Positions 19,167-28,464 of a stretch of 64,000 nucleotides of DNA are shown in pieces. The stretch is from a virus: the IMG/VR virus record IMGVR_UViG_3300017963_000228, positions 1 to 64,000 of that record; one strand, written 5' to 3'. A program made the position numbers and the translations under genes. Position 1 is the stretch's first letter, and each line of letters opens with the position of its first letter. A model generated the notes under the pieces. The model was not told the DNA's origin. It did not search any database and worked only from the letters and a program-made list of their open reading frames with translations.

Positions 19167-20522
19167 TCATACAATTATCATAGATATAGGTTTAACACTA
19201 CTATATGTATAAATACCCTGACGAATGGCATCCATATCTTCAGTGGTAATAGAAGTATTAAAAATAACAAGTTCATCTAAACATATATCAGCATAATCCG
19301 CGTCATCAACAGCAGAACCAATTTGAACCGCATTTGAATTTGCTACCAGATTAACATTAACATTTGGAATATAATTGCCTAAAAGACTATCCGCTGAATA
19401 ATCCCAAATTCTAATTTGCATATAATTAGATCCAGAATCATAAGAAGCAGAAATATGATACCATTTATCCTGTTCGATAGTTCCTGAAACAGAATATCCA
19501 TCATTATCAAGATACAATGTTAATTGTGGTGTAGAACTACGAATAATACCTAAAGAAAAAGCAGTTCTACCTTTAGAAAAAATAAGATGATCTTTATCCC
19601 AAGCAACAATCGTATTAAATTTTACCCAAACACAAATGGCAAAATCAAAATTACTCTGACCACTCTTAAATGGAAAATTAGAAGATAAATTCGCATCATC
19701 TATATACATATACTGACTATTAGTATCATCAAGATCAACTGCAAAATTTCCCTCTTTATGATCTCCAAAAAAAGCAGTTGGTGGTGATGCTGATAATGTT
19801 AGATCATTTGTTCCTTTTGAATCTTTACCAATTTCAAAATCCTCAAACTGGTAAACAGAAATACAATGTGGGTTCCGTGTGAATCTATTATTTCCCAATC
19901 TTGCTTCTTTTAAAATAGTATATCCAACCGCTTGTGAAATACCACCAGTAGATTTTAAAACAGAATATCCATTAGCTTGAGAAATACCACCAGTAGATTT
20001 TAAAACAGAATATCCATTAGCTTGAGAAATACCCATCATAGGTATAGCATCATCTGCTGCATAAAATATTCTTTTATAAGAACTATTGGAATAACTGCCA
20101 AATGGATCTGAGGGACCATCACTGTAAGTATCAACATTATATTTATTAATACCTGATGAATAACCTGAAGCATATACGTCTACAGTGGTATCAACGATAA
20201 TTCCTAACCAATAATAACCAGCAGATAAATTAACAGGGGATGAAAATGGAAGATTTATAATATTTGCAACATCAGAACCTATAACTTCATTTGTAACTGC
20301 AATTAAAGCATCTGGTACACCAGCATTGTCTGAATAAATAAATCCTTTAATTTTAACAGTTGGTACTGTTTGTCTAATTCCTAATAAAACTAAAGAATAA
20401 ATATCATCTACCGAAAGTAATTCATATCTACCAGCATATTTATTATTTGCTATTAATACAGTATTATACTGATATGCTATCGAATCATTTCCAAATATAT
20501 ATGGATAAATAGAAAGAGACAT
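19167..20522 (-). CDS. array partner B3: B domain + three strand repeats + LamG/ConA-like domain
   Basis: DTYSDGPSDPFG shared with B1/B2; ISQANGYSVLKS repeats; FAICVWVK..KWYHI..LDELVIFN LamG motifs; ends SMIIV. Confidence 0.7.
   Translation of the reverse strand: MSLSIYPYIFGNDSIAYQYNTVLIANNKYAGRYELLSVDDIYSLVLLGIRQTVPTVKIKGFIYSDNAGVPDALIAVTNEVIGSDVANIINLPFSSPVNLSAGYYWLGIIVDTTVDVYASGYSSGINKYNVDTYSDGPSDPFGSYSNSSYKRIFYAADDAIPMMGISQANGYSVLKSTGGISQANGYSVLKSTGGISQAVGYTILKEARLGNNRFTRNPHCISVYQFEDFEIGKDSKGTNDLTLSASPPTAFFGDHKEGNFAVDLDDTNSQYMYIDDANLSSNFPFKSGQSNFDFAICVWVKFNTIVAWDKDHLIFSKGRTAFSLGIIRSSTPQLTLYLDNDGYSVSGTIEQDKWYHISASYDSGSNYMQIRIWDYSADSLLGNYIPNVNVNLVANSNAVQIGSAVDDADYADICLDELVIFNTSITTEDMDAIRQGIYTYSSVKPISMIIV
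19936..20033. repeat. perfect 45-bp in-frame tandem repeat (2.2 copies)
   Basis: 19936-19980 equals 19981-20025, plus 8 further bp. Confidence 0.95.
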
Positions 20523-20545
20523 TTTAAATCCTTTTCAATTCTATT

Positions 20546-21535
20546 TTACGCAGTAGATTTGGATTTAAAAGCCAATTGAAGGGCATCTATTTCAACTGGA
20601 GTAAATTGACTTATTGTTTCTGGATTTTGATCATAAAAAACTTCATATTGATTCCACGTACCCTCTAATATAATTGTATCTCCCAAATGAACAGCACCAT
20701 TAGTTTTAATACCCATCTGCATACCAGTATCACCAGTACTATCTGTAGATCTGGCAATTATCTTAACTCCTTTACAAATAAAATTTCCTGCTGGCATACC
20801 TGTAAGATTAAATTGTACATCTTGTTCTACAACATTCGTATAAACTGTATCTGCATCATTTGCAATGATATCATCAATGTCCGTATAAGCACCTGTCCAT
20901 TGATTTGTATCTCCAGCAGCATTTGGAGCTAAAGTTTTTAAACTCATTAATCGTGTATCTTCATCAGCTACAATAATTTCTGATATAAAAGTTGACCAAT
21001 TATTATCCAATACACGTAACATTACTTGATCAAAATTGGTTGTTGTTCCTACACGAATATCTCCAGAATAAGTTAATAGTAAATGGCCATCTACATAAAA
21101 ACTAATAATTCCATTAGAACCATAGGTATCAATATGCAAATCATATTGAATACAATCTCCATTAAAAGTTTTAGAATTTTCTGAAACAAACCATGTAACT
21201 GTTCCATCTGAGGTTCTCTTACCTATTGACCAGTATTCATTAGTATCAAAACCAACACCAATAGCATCTCCTGTAACACTATTACATAGACTTATTGGAA
21301 AACAATCAACATCTATAGCAGCAATGCTTTGATGATACATAAACCAATGAAGCCAAATACCACTGCTTACGGGAGTAAAAGTATTAGAATAATAAGGACC
21401 ACCACCATCACCAAGTTGTATACCTCCGCGTGACATAGAAGGACGATAATAAGTGGAAGAATTTCCAAATTTAAGTGAAGCAACTGTGTTTTTCTTAAAA
21501 TCAATTGGTTCACCACCACACCATATTATACTCAT
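20546..21535 (-). CDS. array lectin-like protein A4 (putative virion adhesin)
   Basis: MSIIWCGGE..ISEIIVADEDTRLMSLKT..GIKTNG..NPET..EIDALQL; paralog of A1-A3. Confidence 0.7.
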   Translation of the reverse strand: MSIIWCGGEPIDFKKNTVASLKFGNSSTYYRPSMSRGGIQLGDGGGPYYSNTFTPVSSGIWLHWFMYHQSIAAIDVDCFPISLCNSVTGDAIGVGFDTNEYWSIGKRTSDGTVTWFVSENSKTFNGDCIQYDLHIDTYGSNGIISFYVDGHLLLTYSGDIRVGTTTNFDQVMLRVLDNNWSTFISEIIVADEDTRLMSLKTLAPNAAGDTNQWTGAYTDIDDIIANDADTVYTNVVEQDVQFNLTGMPAGNFICKGVKIIARSTDSTGDTGMQMGIKTNGAVHLGDTIILEGTWNQYEVFYDQNPETISQFTPVEIDALQLAFKSKSTA

Positions 21536-21564
21536 TTTATTCTCCTATATAAATATTGATTATG
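21506..21564. repeat. 59-bp perfect direct repeat, copy 1 (partner stop + RBS + first codons of A)
   Basis: Identical to 23122-23180. Confidence 0.95.
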
Positions 21565-22174
21565 TAATAATCATTGATACGGCTTTATTTTGATAGTTCA
21601 CTTCTTTTAATACGGCATAGTAAACAACCTGAGATACACCAACTGTTACTTCTGTTGATAAAACAGCATAATAAACAGCCTTAGAAGCATCAAGCGTTTC
21701 CCTAAATTGTGCGCCATAAATAAGAAGATGAAAAGTACCCCCAGTACTATAAGAACCAAATGGATCTGAGGGACCATCAGCATATGTATCAGCATTATAT
21801 GGATAGTCATCCTGATAATAATAATCAAACTCTAAACGTATCGTGGAATCAACAATAATCCCTAACCAATAATTTCCTGCGGTTAAATTAACTTGCGATG
21901 CAAATTTAAGAATATTATAAAAACCTTGAGACAAACCAATATGTTCCTCTGTTGTTGCCAACAAAGAATCTGGTGCGCCAGCATTATCAGAATAAATAAT
22001 TCCCTTAATTTTAACAGAAGGATAATCACCAGCACTATAAACATTTAAAACATCAATATAATTGTTTGTTCCTAAAGTATATGGAGAAACATATTTATAA
22101 TTAGCAGATATGTTACGATCATAAACTGTAGTGCCGGGAGTCCAATCACCAATTATTTGACTTGCAATTGCCAT
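21560..22174 (-). CDS. array partner B2
   Basis: VKIKGIIYSDNAG..YWLGIIVD..DGPSDPFG; two YYAVL strand repeats; ends SMIIT. Confidence 0.7.
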   Translation of the reverse strand: MAIASQIIGDWTPGTTVYDRNISANYKYVSPYTLGTNNYIDVLNVYSAGDYPSVKIKGIIYSDNAGAPDSLLATTEEHIGLSQGFYNILKFASQVNLTAGNYWLGIIVDSTIRLEFDYYYQDDYPYNADTYADGPSDPFGSYSTGGTFHLLIYGAQFRETLDASKAVYYAVLSTEVTVGVSQVVYYAVLKEVNYQNKAVSMIIT

Positions 22175-22188
22175 TATAAACCCCTATT

Positions 22189-23151
22189 TTAAGTAGTTGA
22201 ACGCGAAACAATAGCACCCTGCAAAGCATTCAATTCAGTAGTAGTAAAACGATTCATTGTATCAGGATTATAATGCCAAATTTCTTCTCCTAATTCCCAA
22301 ACACCACCCAATACTTTTGTATCTCCAAGGTATTGTGTACCATTAGTCTTAAAACCTATTTGCAAACCCATTCCACCAACACCATCTGTTACACGGTGAG
22401 CAGCTTTAAGAGCTTTACAAATAAAATTCCCTGATGGTATATCACTTAATTCACAATTATATGTTTTATCTGGTACATCTGTATAAATCGTATCATTATC
22501 ATTATATTCAGTTTCATCTATATTTGCATAGGTGCCATTCCATTCATTAACATCTCCATCAGCAACAGGTTTCATTGTTTTTAAACTCATTAAGCGAGTA
22601 TCTTCATCAGCAATAATTATTTCAGAAATAAAATGAGAACCATTTCCATAACCACGACAAAATGCTCTATTAAAATTACTTATACCTGAAATAGTTAAAT
22701 CACCCTCATAACGAATTATTTCATTACCACCAATATAAACAATAGCTACACCTGAAACTCCATAATCTACATAAAAATCAAGTTTATAAACAGTTGATAT
22801 TACTGTTACCGAACTTGATGTTTCTAAATCTGATCCCGTACCACCTTCAAATTTTCTAATAATATATGTATCTCCACGACGAAAAACACAAATTGAGTTT
22901 GAAAAATCTTTTCCAAATGTAAATCCCATAAGATAACCATCATAAGCTTCACCATTATGAAAATAACGATAGTGTATTGATCCCCATAATTCTGTATAAG
23001 TAGAAGAAAATTCTTGAGTATAATGTGTCGTTCTTATATCCAAAGCACATCTTGCAAAATCAGAACGATAATATATATCTGAAGTTTGTAAATTATAAAC
23101 ATTTGTTGGATCAAGATCTTGTGGTTCACCACCACACCATATTATACTCAT
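22189..23151 (-). CDS. array lectin-like protein A3
   Basis: MSIIWCGGE..ISEIIIADEDTRLMSLKT..ELNALQ. Confidence 0.7.
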   Translation of the reverse strand: MSIIWCGGEPQDLDPTNVYNLQTSDIYYRSDFARCALDIRTTHYTQEFSSTYTELWGSIHYRYFHNGEAYDGYLMGFTFGKDFSNSICVFRRGDTYIIRKFEGGTGSDLETSSSVTVISTVYKLDFYVDYGVSGVAIVYIGGNEIIRYEGDLTISGISNFNRAFCRGYGNGSHFISEIIIADEDTRLMSLKTMKPVADGDVNEWNGTYANIDETEYNDNDTIYTDVPDKTYNCELSDIPSGNFICKALKAAHRVTDGVGGMGLQIGFKTNGTQYLGDTKVLGGVWELGEEIWHYNPDTMNRFTTTELNALQGAIVSRSTT

Positions 23152-23180
23152 TTTATTCTCCTATATAAATATTGATTATG
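23122..23180. repeat. 59-bp perfect direct repeat, copy 2
   Basis: Identical to 21506-21564. Confidence 0.95.
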
Positions 23181-23847
23181 CAATTATTATAGATGTAGCC
23201 TGATTTCTTTTTACTAATTCTTCTAAAACAGCATAGGATACAACTTTGGGAACTAAAAGAGATTCGGGTGGTGCCAAAACTACTTGAGACATTGTTTTCG
23301 GAACTATAAGAGATTGTGGTTGTCTGTTTACTGAGGTTGCTGATGCGATATTTAATTCCGTAAAATTACCAGTTAAATATCCAGTGGCATAAGCAGTAAA
23401 AGAAACATAAGTATCTATTGTGCCTGTACCAAAAGGGTCGCTGGGTCCATCTGAATATGTATCAGCATTAGTTGATGGATATTGACCTGCTACTCTATAA
23501 TAAAAACCTCTACAATTAATATTAGAATCACATATAAAACCAACATAATAATCTTCCAAAGGAAATGACTGATTAACAACAAATTCTGTTAATCCTGAAG
23601 GATTTGTTACTTCAGAAGAAGTCCAAACTAAATTTCCCGGTTGATCACTTCCTGCATAATCATATAATAAAGCTTTAACATTACCTGTTTGATTATCATA
23701 AAATTGAATCCAAATTGATTCAATATAAAATTGGCCAAAACCAAGTGAATAATCTAAATGCCTTTCAAAAAAACTAACTCTTTTATTATTTGCATCTACA
23801 GAAATAGTAGATGTATTATTTTGTTTTCCAAGTATTATAGAAGACAT
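23176..23847 (-). CDS. array partner B1
   Basis: NADTYSDGPSDPFG; SLIVPKTMSQVVL / SLLVPKVVSYAVL repeats; ends SIIIA. Confidence 0.7.
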   Translation of the reverse strand: MSSIILGKQNNTSTISVDANNKRVSFFERHLDYSLGFGQFYIESIWIQFYDNQTGNVKALLYDYAGSDQPGNLVWTSSEVTNPSGLTEFVVNQSFPLEDYYVGFICDSNINCRGFYYRVAGQYPSTNADTYSDGPSDPFGTGTIDTYVSFTAYATGYLTGNFTELNIASATSVNRQPQSLIVPKTMSQVVLAPPESLLVPKVVSYAVLEELVKRNQATSIIIA

Positions 23848-23862
23848 AAATAGTACTTTCTT

Positions 23863-24879
23863 TTATTGTGTTTTAGATCTAAAAACAATTTGAAAAGCAT
23901 CTAATTCAGACCATGTAAAAGGATTGGACGTTTCTGGATTTACTAAAAATACTTCATTACCATTGATCCAATCACCTAAAAAATCTTGAGTAGAACCAAG
24001 GTGTATAACTCCATTGGTTTTAATACCAGTTTGCAAACCAATATTACCACTATTTCCATTAATGGCACGAAAATTAATTTTTAAACCAACACAATTAAGA
24101 CCAATGGTATTATATTCACGATCAAAAGAATCAGTATTTAAAATTATATCTTCTTCTGCTGTATCTGTTCCAACAGCATTTCCATCATCATTTAATTCTT
24201 CTGGAACAGAATATAAAACTGAAGAATCACCATCCCATTCAAAAGTATCAACACTCTCAGGCTCATGAGATCTTAAATACATTAAACGAGTATCTTCATC
24301 AGCAATAACTACTTCAGAAACAAACAAACTATATATACCTGAAGCATTATAAGCAAAAAACTGATCTAAAGAAGTTTGACTTAGTACAGTTAAATCTCCA
24401 GTATATTCTCCATCTAATTTACCATCAATATAATATTTTACATTTCCATTATTTGTATCATTATAATTTGTAATTTGAATATCAATATTAACTCTATGAA
24501 ATCGATTATGTCTATAAAGATTTGTCGCACTATTTATTAATGTAGTTACTGTTGTACCATCATATTTTACTAAATTAAAACGTTCATCACCAGCCATTAC
24601 ACCAATAAAGGCATCGGTTCCACTTTTAATCAAACCAACACGTCCCATTGGTTGTTGTTCCATCCCTGCCACAAATTTTAACCAAATAGATGTTACTGCT
24701 GGACTAAGAATATCTGCTGATGTTATATACCCACCTTCAGTTAAATCCATAGAACCGCGTACAAATTCAGAACGGCGTGTGTCTGTAACTCCAGTAGAAA
24801 ATAAACTATTTTTACCAATTAAATTAAAACCAGTAACATTAAAATCAGCTAACTCTGTTCCCCACCATAAAATAGACAT
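23863..24879 (-). CDS. array lectin-like protein A2
   Basis: VSEVVIADEDTRLM..GIKTNGVIHLGS..NPETSN..ELDAFQ. Confidence 0.7.
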   Translation of the reverse strand: MSILWWGTELADFNVTGFNLIGKNSLFSTGVTDTRRSEFVRGSMDLTEGGYITSADILSPAVTSIWLKFVAGMEQQPMGRVGLIKSGTDAFIGVMAGDERFNLVKYDGTTVTTLINSATNLYRHNRFHRVNIDIQITNYNDTNNGNVKYYIDGKLDGEYTGDLTVLSQTSLDQFFAYNASGIYSLFVSEVVIADEDTRLMYLRSHEPESVDTFEWDGDSSVLYSVPEELNDDGNAVGTDTAEEDIILNTDSFDREYNTIGLNCVGLKINFRAINGNSGNIGLQTGIKTNGVIHLGSTQDFLGDWINGNEVFLVNPETSNPFTWSELDAFQIVFRSKTQ

Positions 24880-24901
24880 TTTAAAAAATTCCTCTATAAA
24901 A

Positions 24902-25897
24902 TTATACAGGTGTTTTACTTCTAATAGTTAATTGAAGTGCATCTATTTCAGCCGGAGTAAAACGATTAGATGTTTCTGGATTAACTTGATATAATACTGA
25001 ATAATTAAAATAGTAACCATCCAAATTTTCAACACTGCCAAGATGTATAACTCCATTGGTTTTAATACCAACCTGTAAACTAATTCCACCGGAAACACCA
25101 CCATCGGCAGCATAACAATTTATTTTAAGTGCTTTACAAATAAACTCTCCTTCTGGTGGCATTCCTGTTACAGCACATTGAAAATCCTGATCAACTGTAT
25201 CTGTATGAATAATCTCAAGTACATCTACATTTATATCATCAACGTAATCATAACTGTTATTCCATTGATTCACATCTCCAGCAGCATTTGGAACTAAAGT
25301 TTTAAGACTCATTAAACGAGTATCTTCATCAGCAATAATTATTTCTGAAAATTCTGGTTGATAAGTATTACCATAATAATAATATGGAAATATATGTATA
25401 TTTGTTAAATCCGTAACACCAGAAACGGTAACATCACCAATATAATTTGATGCCAAAACACCATTTATATAAAAACGAATAAAACCAGAAGAACTATAAT
25501 TAACATTAACATCTATTTTATAAGGAATACCGGGAGTAGATTGTCCAATAAATGCCGGTGGTGCTACAGGTGTATTCAAATCTGTATGTGCAGAACCATC
25601 CCATGTTGTAAAATACACCGCATAATTTTCATCAATACGTACAGTTAAACCCTTCTCAGAAGAATCTTCAAAACGGAAAATAGTAACACCATCTTGTTGA
25701 GTAGATTTAGAATATTGACAACTAAACCAAAATGTATTTGTAGATAATGGAATATGAATATAAGAACTACTGCTATTCATCGCCAAAGAACATCTGGCAA
25801 AATCTGATCTTACAGCATTGCCCGGACTTTCAAATTGTATTAATCCTATAGCATCTTCAATATCTTCTAATTCACCACCAGCAAATAAAATAGTCAT
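24902..25897 (-). CDS. array lectin-like protein A1
   Basis: MTILFAGGE..SEIIIADEDTRLMSLKT..EIDALQL. Confidence 0.7.
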   Translation of the reverse strand: MTILFAGGELEDIEDAIGLIQFESPGNAVRSDFARCSLAMNSSSSYIHIPLSTNTFWFSCQYSKSTQQDGVTIFRFEDSSEKGLTVRIDENYAVYFTTWDGSAHTDLNTPVAPPAFIGQSTPGIPYKIDVNVNYSSSGFIRFYINGVLASNYIGDVTVSGVTDLTNIHIFPYYYYGNTYQPEFSEIIIADEDTRLMSLKTLVPNAAGDVNQWNNSYDYVDDINVDVLEIIHTDTVDQDFQCAVTGMPPEGEFICKALKINCYAADGGVSGGISLQVGIKTNGVIHLGSVENLDGYYFNYSVLYQVNPETSNRFTPAEIDALQLTIRSKTPV

Positions 25898-25914
25898 AAT
25901 AAATACCTTTCTAT

Positions 25915-26664
25915 TTACTTACGATTACCTTTCAAGGTAATTCCAACATCAGCCAAAGTCGCATCAGCCGATGCCGGGGCAGTAATGGAAACCACATCTC
26001 CATCATTCAAATCAACGGCATTATTAAAGGTAAAACTACCTGAAGTCTGACCTGTCAAAATAGTAGCTGTTCCTTTAGAAACCCCATTCACCTTTATATC
26101 AAAATCAGCCTGTGCCGATGGTGATGTTCCACATTTTATTTGACTATAAAAAAGTTTTTTAGGCAGTTCAATATCTTCTCCACCAACTACCACATGAAAA
26201 AGAATTACCTGTTCATCTTCAAATGTTCCCGGCGCACTAACACCGATTACATAAAGATTACTTAATTTGGAAGGTTTTGCTGGAGTTTCTTCAGCATCAA
26301 TTACACCTGTTGCACCATTCCAATAAACAGAACCAACAGGAACCTGATTTGCCAAATTCCAAATGGTTTGAGATGCTGAAAGAACTCCATCAATATCGTA
26401 AGAAAAATACCATTGACCCGCTACGTCATCAATCACTACAAAATCTTCTTCCGTTTTTTCATAACGCACACCAAATGCATAAAAAATAAATGAATCACCA
26501 ACAGGGGTAATAGAAAATTTACGGGTAGGATCATCAAAGGCAAGAGTACTGGCAGCAGGATCAACAAAACCAGTGGAATCATTTACTTCATTATAATTAT
26601 TAATTACATTTGTTATTTCAGTTCCACCACCACCACCGCCCAGCATATTAATAGAAGTTGGCAT
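25915..26664 (-). CDS. virion/tail-associated beta-sandwich protein
   Basis: AAGGAG RBS; beta-rich; C-terminal ..DGDVVSITAP..ATLADVGITL domain. Confidence 0.6.
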   Translation of the reverse strand: MPTSINMLGGGGGGTEITNVINNYNEVNDSTGFVDPAASTLAFDDPTRKFSITPVGDSFIFYAFGVRYEKTEEDFVVIDDVAGQWYFSYDIDGVLSASQTIWNLANQVPVGSVYWNGATGVIDAEETPAKPSKLSNLYVIGVSAPGTFEDEQVILFHVVVGGEDIELPKKLFYSQIKCGTSPSAQADFDIKVNGVSKGTATILTGQTSGSFTFNNAVDLNDGDVVSITAPASADATLADVGITLKGNRK

Positions 26665-26678
26665 TTTGAATCTCCTTT
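26655..26678. repeat. 24-bp direct repeat (RBS + MPT start), copy 1
   Basis: aagttggcattttgaatctccttt, identical to 28371-28394. Confidence 0.9.
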
Positions 26679-26685
26679 TAAATAA

Positions 26686-26889
26686 TTAAATAATAACAGT
26701 CAATAAAGGTTTTACCCCTGAAGATACTTTACTCAATACTTCTATACATACATTAGATAAATTTACATCTAAATTGGTATCACCAGAACGCATAATTTCA
26801 ATAAATGATTGTGAAAGACGTGCATCTAAATCGGGATCACCAGAACGTAAAGTTTCAATAATTGTTTGAGAAACATATGCATCTGCCAT
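26686..26889 (-). CDS. minimal array partner C (67 aa: three strand repeats + C-terminal strand)
   Basis: VSQTIIETLRSGD / LSQSFIEIMRSGD / LSNVCIEVLS; ends KPLLTVII. Confidence 0.7.
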   Translation of the reverse strand: MADAYVSQTIIETLRSGDPDLDARLSQSFIEIMRSGDTNLDVNLSNVCIEVLSKVSSGVKPLLTVII

Positions 26890-26902
26890 TTAAAACACCC
26901 CT

Positions 26903-27940
26903 TTATGTTGTTACCTTTACGCCAGCTTCAAATGCATTGATATCTGTTTCTTCCCATACACTGGAATCATCAGGATTTAACTCCCAAACCTCTCCAAAAA
27001 ATTCATGTTCTACTGATAAAATAGTATTAGATGAATAAGTATAATTAGTTCCATTAATACGAAATACTCCAGCTAATGTTCTTGCTGCCGCATCTGTTTT
27101 TCTTGCTTGATAATTTATTTTTATTCCATAAATAGTTTTTGTATAAGTAGTAACAGGAAGATCTCCAAATGCGTATAATTCAATTTCATTCAAAGCATCC
27201 AGAGCTACATAATCAGTATCACCATTTGCATCTAATTCATCCACACATTCATAATTAGATCCTGCTGATGCTGTTCCATCATTTTGATTACCATTAGCCG
27301 TGGGATAAATAGCATCAACACGAACATTTCCAAGAAAATCATTATTTTCTGAACCAGAATTATCACAAATATATATATCATCATACCGAGCTGCTCCACG
27401 ACCAGAAAATCGTATTCTATTTATATATTCATTTGATCCGGTATTAAGTGTATCTATTCCACTAAGCAAATATAAAGGCACACCATTTACTCTTGCCTGT
27501 ATATATCCTGATGTATTACTCAATTTCATTTTTACTTCAAAAAAATTCCATTTTGATACATCAAATAAATTAGAATCAGAAGTATAAATTGTAGGATCAT
27601 ATGCACTTCCTTTTTTATAACTAACACTACCAGCCGGACCACTAAAAATTACAGTAGCTTGTTCATTATCATCATTATTACCAAAAGATATAGTCCAACT
27701 ATATTCAGTGGTACCTCTTTTACATGCTATTCCAAATATAACTTCTTCATAATTAGAAGAAAAATATTTTACTAAATTAAAAGCAGTAGCAATAGAAAGA
27801 TAGGCACATCTTCCAGAACCAAATCGTGTATCATTTGAATAATCAAAATAACTCGCTGACAAACCACCATAATCATTAAAAAATGGATGAAGCATATTAT
27901 TAGTTTGATTTTCAAATCCTGTGAAATCAATTAAAGACAT
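26903..27940 (-). CDS. divergent array lectin-like protein A0
   Basis: ConA-like N-domain (WNFFEVK..YDDIYICD); C-domain ends NPDD..W..DINAFEAGVKV, matching the architecture of A1-A4. Confidence 0.65.
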   Translation of the reverse strand: MSLIDFTGFENQTNNMLHPFFNDYGGLSASYFDYSNDTRFGSGRCAYLSIATAFNLVKYFSSNYEEVIFGIACKRGTTEYSWTISFGNNDDNEQATVIFSGPAGSVSYKKGSAYDPTIYTSDSNLFDVSKWNFFEVKMKLSNTSGYIQARVNGVPLYLLSGIDTLNTGSNEYINRIRFSGRGAARYDDIYICDNSGSENNDFLGNVRVDAIYPTANGNQNDGTASAGSNYECVDELDANGDTDYVALDALNEIELYAFGDLPVTTYTKTIYGIKINYQARKTDAAARTLAGVFRINGTNYTYSSNTILSVEHEFFGEVWELNPDDSSVWEETDINAFEAGVKVTT

Positions 27941-27951
27941 AATAATACTCC

Positions 27952-28380
27952 TTATTTACGTTCTTCAACATAAATAGTAGCTTCAGCAGGAAACTCACAA
28001 ATAACCTGATTTACATTATCACCAATAGGGATAATTCGTTCAGTATTCGGAAAAGATTTCAAGGGAGGAGTATTTGTTTTAGCATTCAAATAAACATTAA
28101 CAATCTGATCAGATTGATTCAAAATAGAAATTGTATTCGTATAACGATTAATTGATACTGTCTGATCATCTCCCGGTCCCGTTGACGTAACTGTTGCTCC
28201 AGCAGCACTCAATGGATTATAAAAGGGAGCATCACTGGTCTTTGTCAAATTGGCATTTAAAAGAATATATTGTGTCTGTAGTGTCTTTCCCGCTTCAATC
28301 GTTATTGTACGGTCCATGCCATCTACTGTACGGATTTTTTCTTTAATCGTTGCGGAAGTGTTATTCGTGTAAGTTGGCAT
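27952..28380 (-). CDS. hypothetical virion protein
   Basis: AAGGAG RBS; T/N-rich beta composition. Confidence 0.65.
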   Translation of the reverse strand: MPTYTNNTSATIKEKIRTVDGMDRTITIEAGKTLQTQYILLNANLTKTSDAPFYNPLSAAGATVTSTGPGDDQTVSINRYTNTISILNQSDQIVNVYLNAKTNTPPLKSFPNTERIIPIGDNVNQVICEFPAEATIYVEERK

Positions 28381-28394
28381 TTTGAATCTCCTTT
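28371..28394. repeat. 24-bp direct repeat, copy 2
   Basis: Identical to 26655-26678. Confidence 0.9.
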
Positions 28395-28427
28395 CAAATG
28401 GTAAAAAAATTAATTGATTTTAATAAT

Positions 28428-28456
28428 ATTTTAAGCTAAAATTAAAAGTTTCGCAA
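28428..28456 (-). promoter_or_regulatory. candidate sigma70-type promoter (TTGCGA-N17-TAAAAT)
   Basis: Lies in the 84-bp gap upstream of the array. Chance matches are common in AT-rich DNA. Confidence 0.3.
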
Positions 28457-28464
28457 TCCTTTTA

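Noticed and set aside
19167-27940. Diversity-generating retroelement or shufflon behind the array
   Set aside because: There is no reverse transcriptase or recombinase in the window, the repeats are direct rather than inverted, and I saw no TR/VR pair with adenine-specific mismatches. One could lie outside the window.
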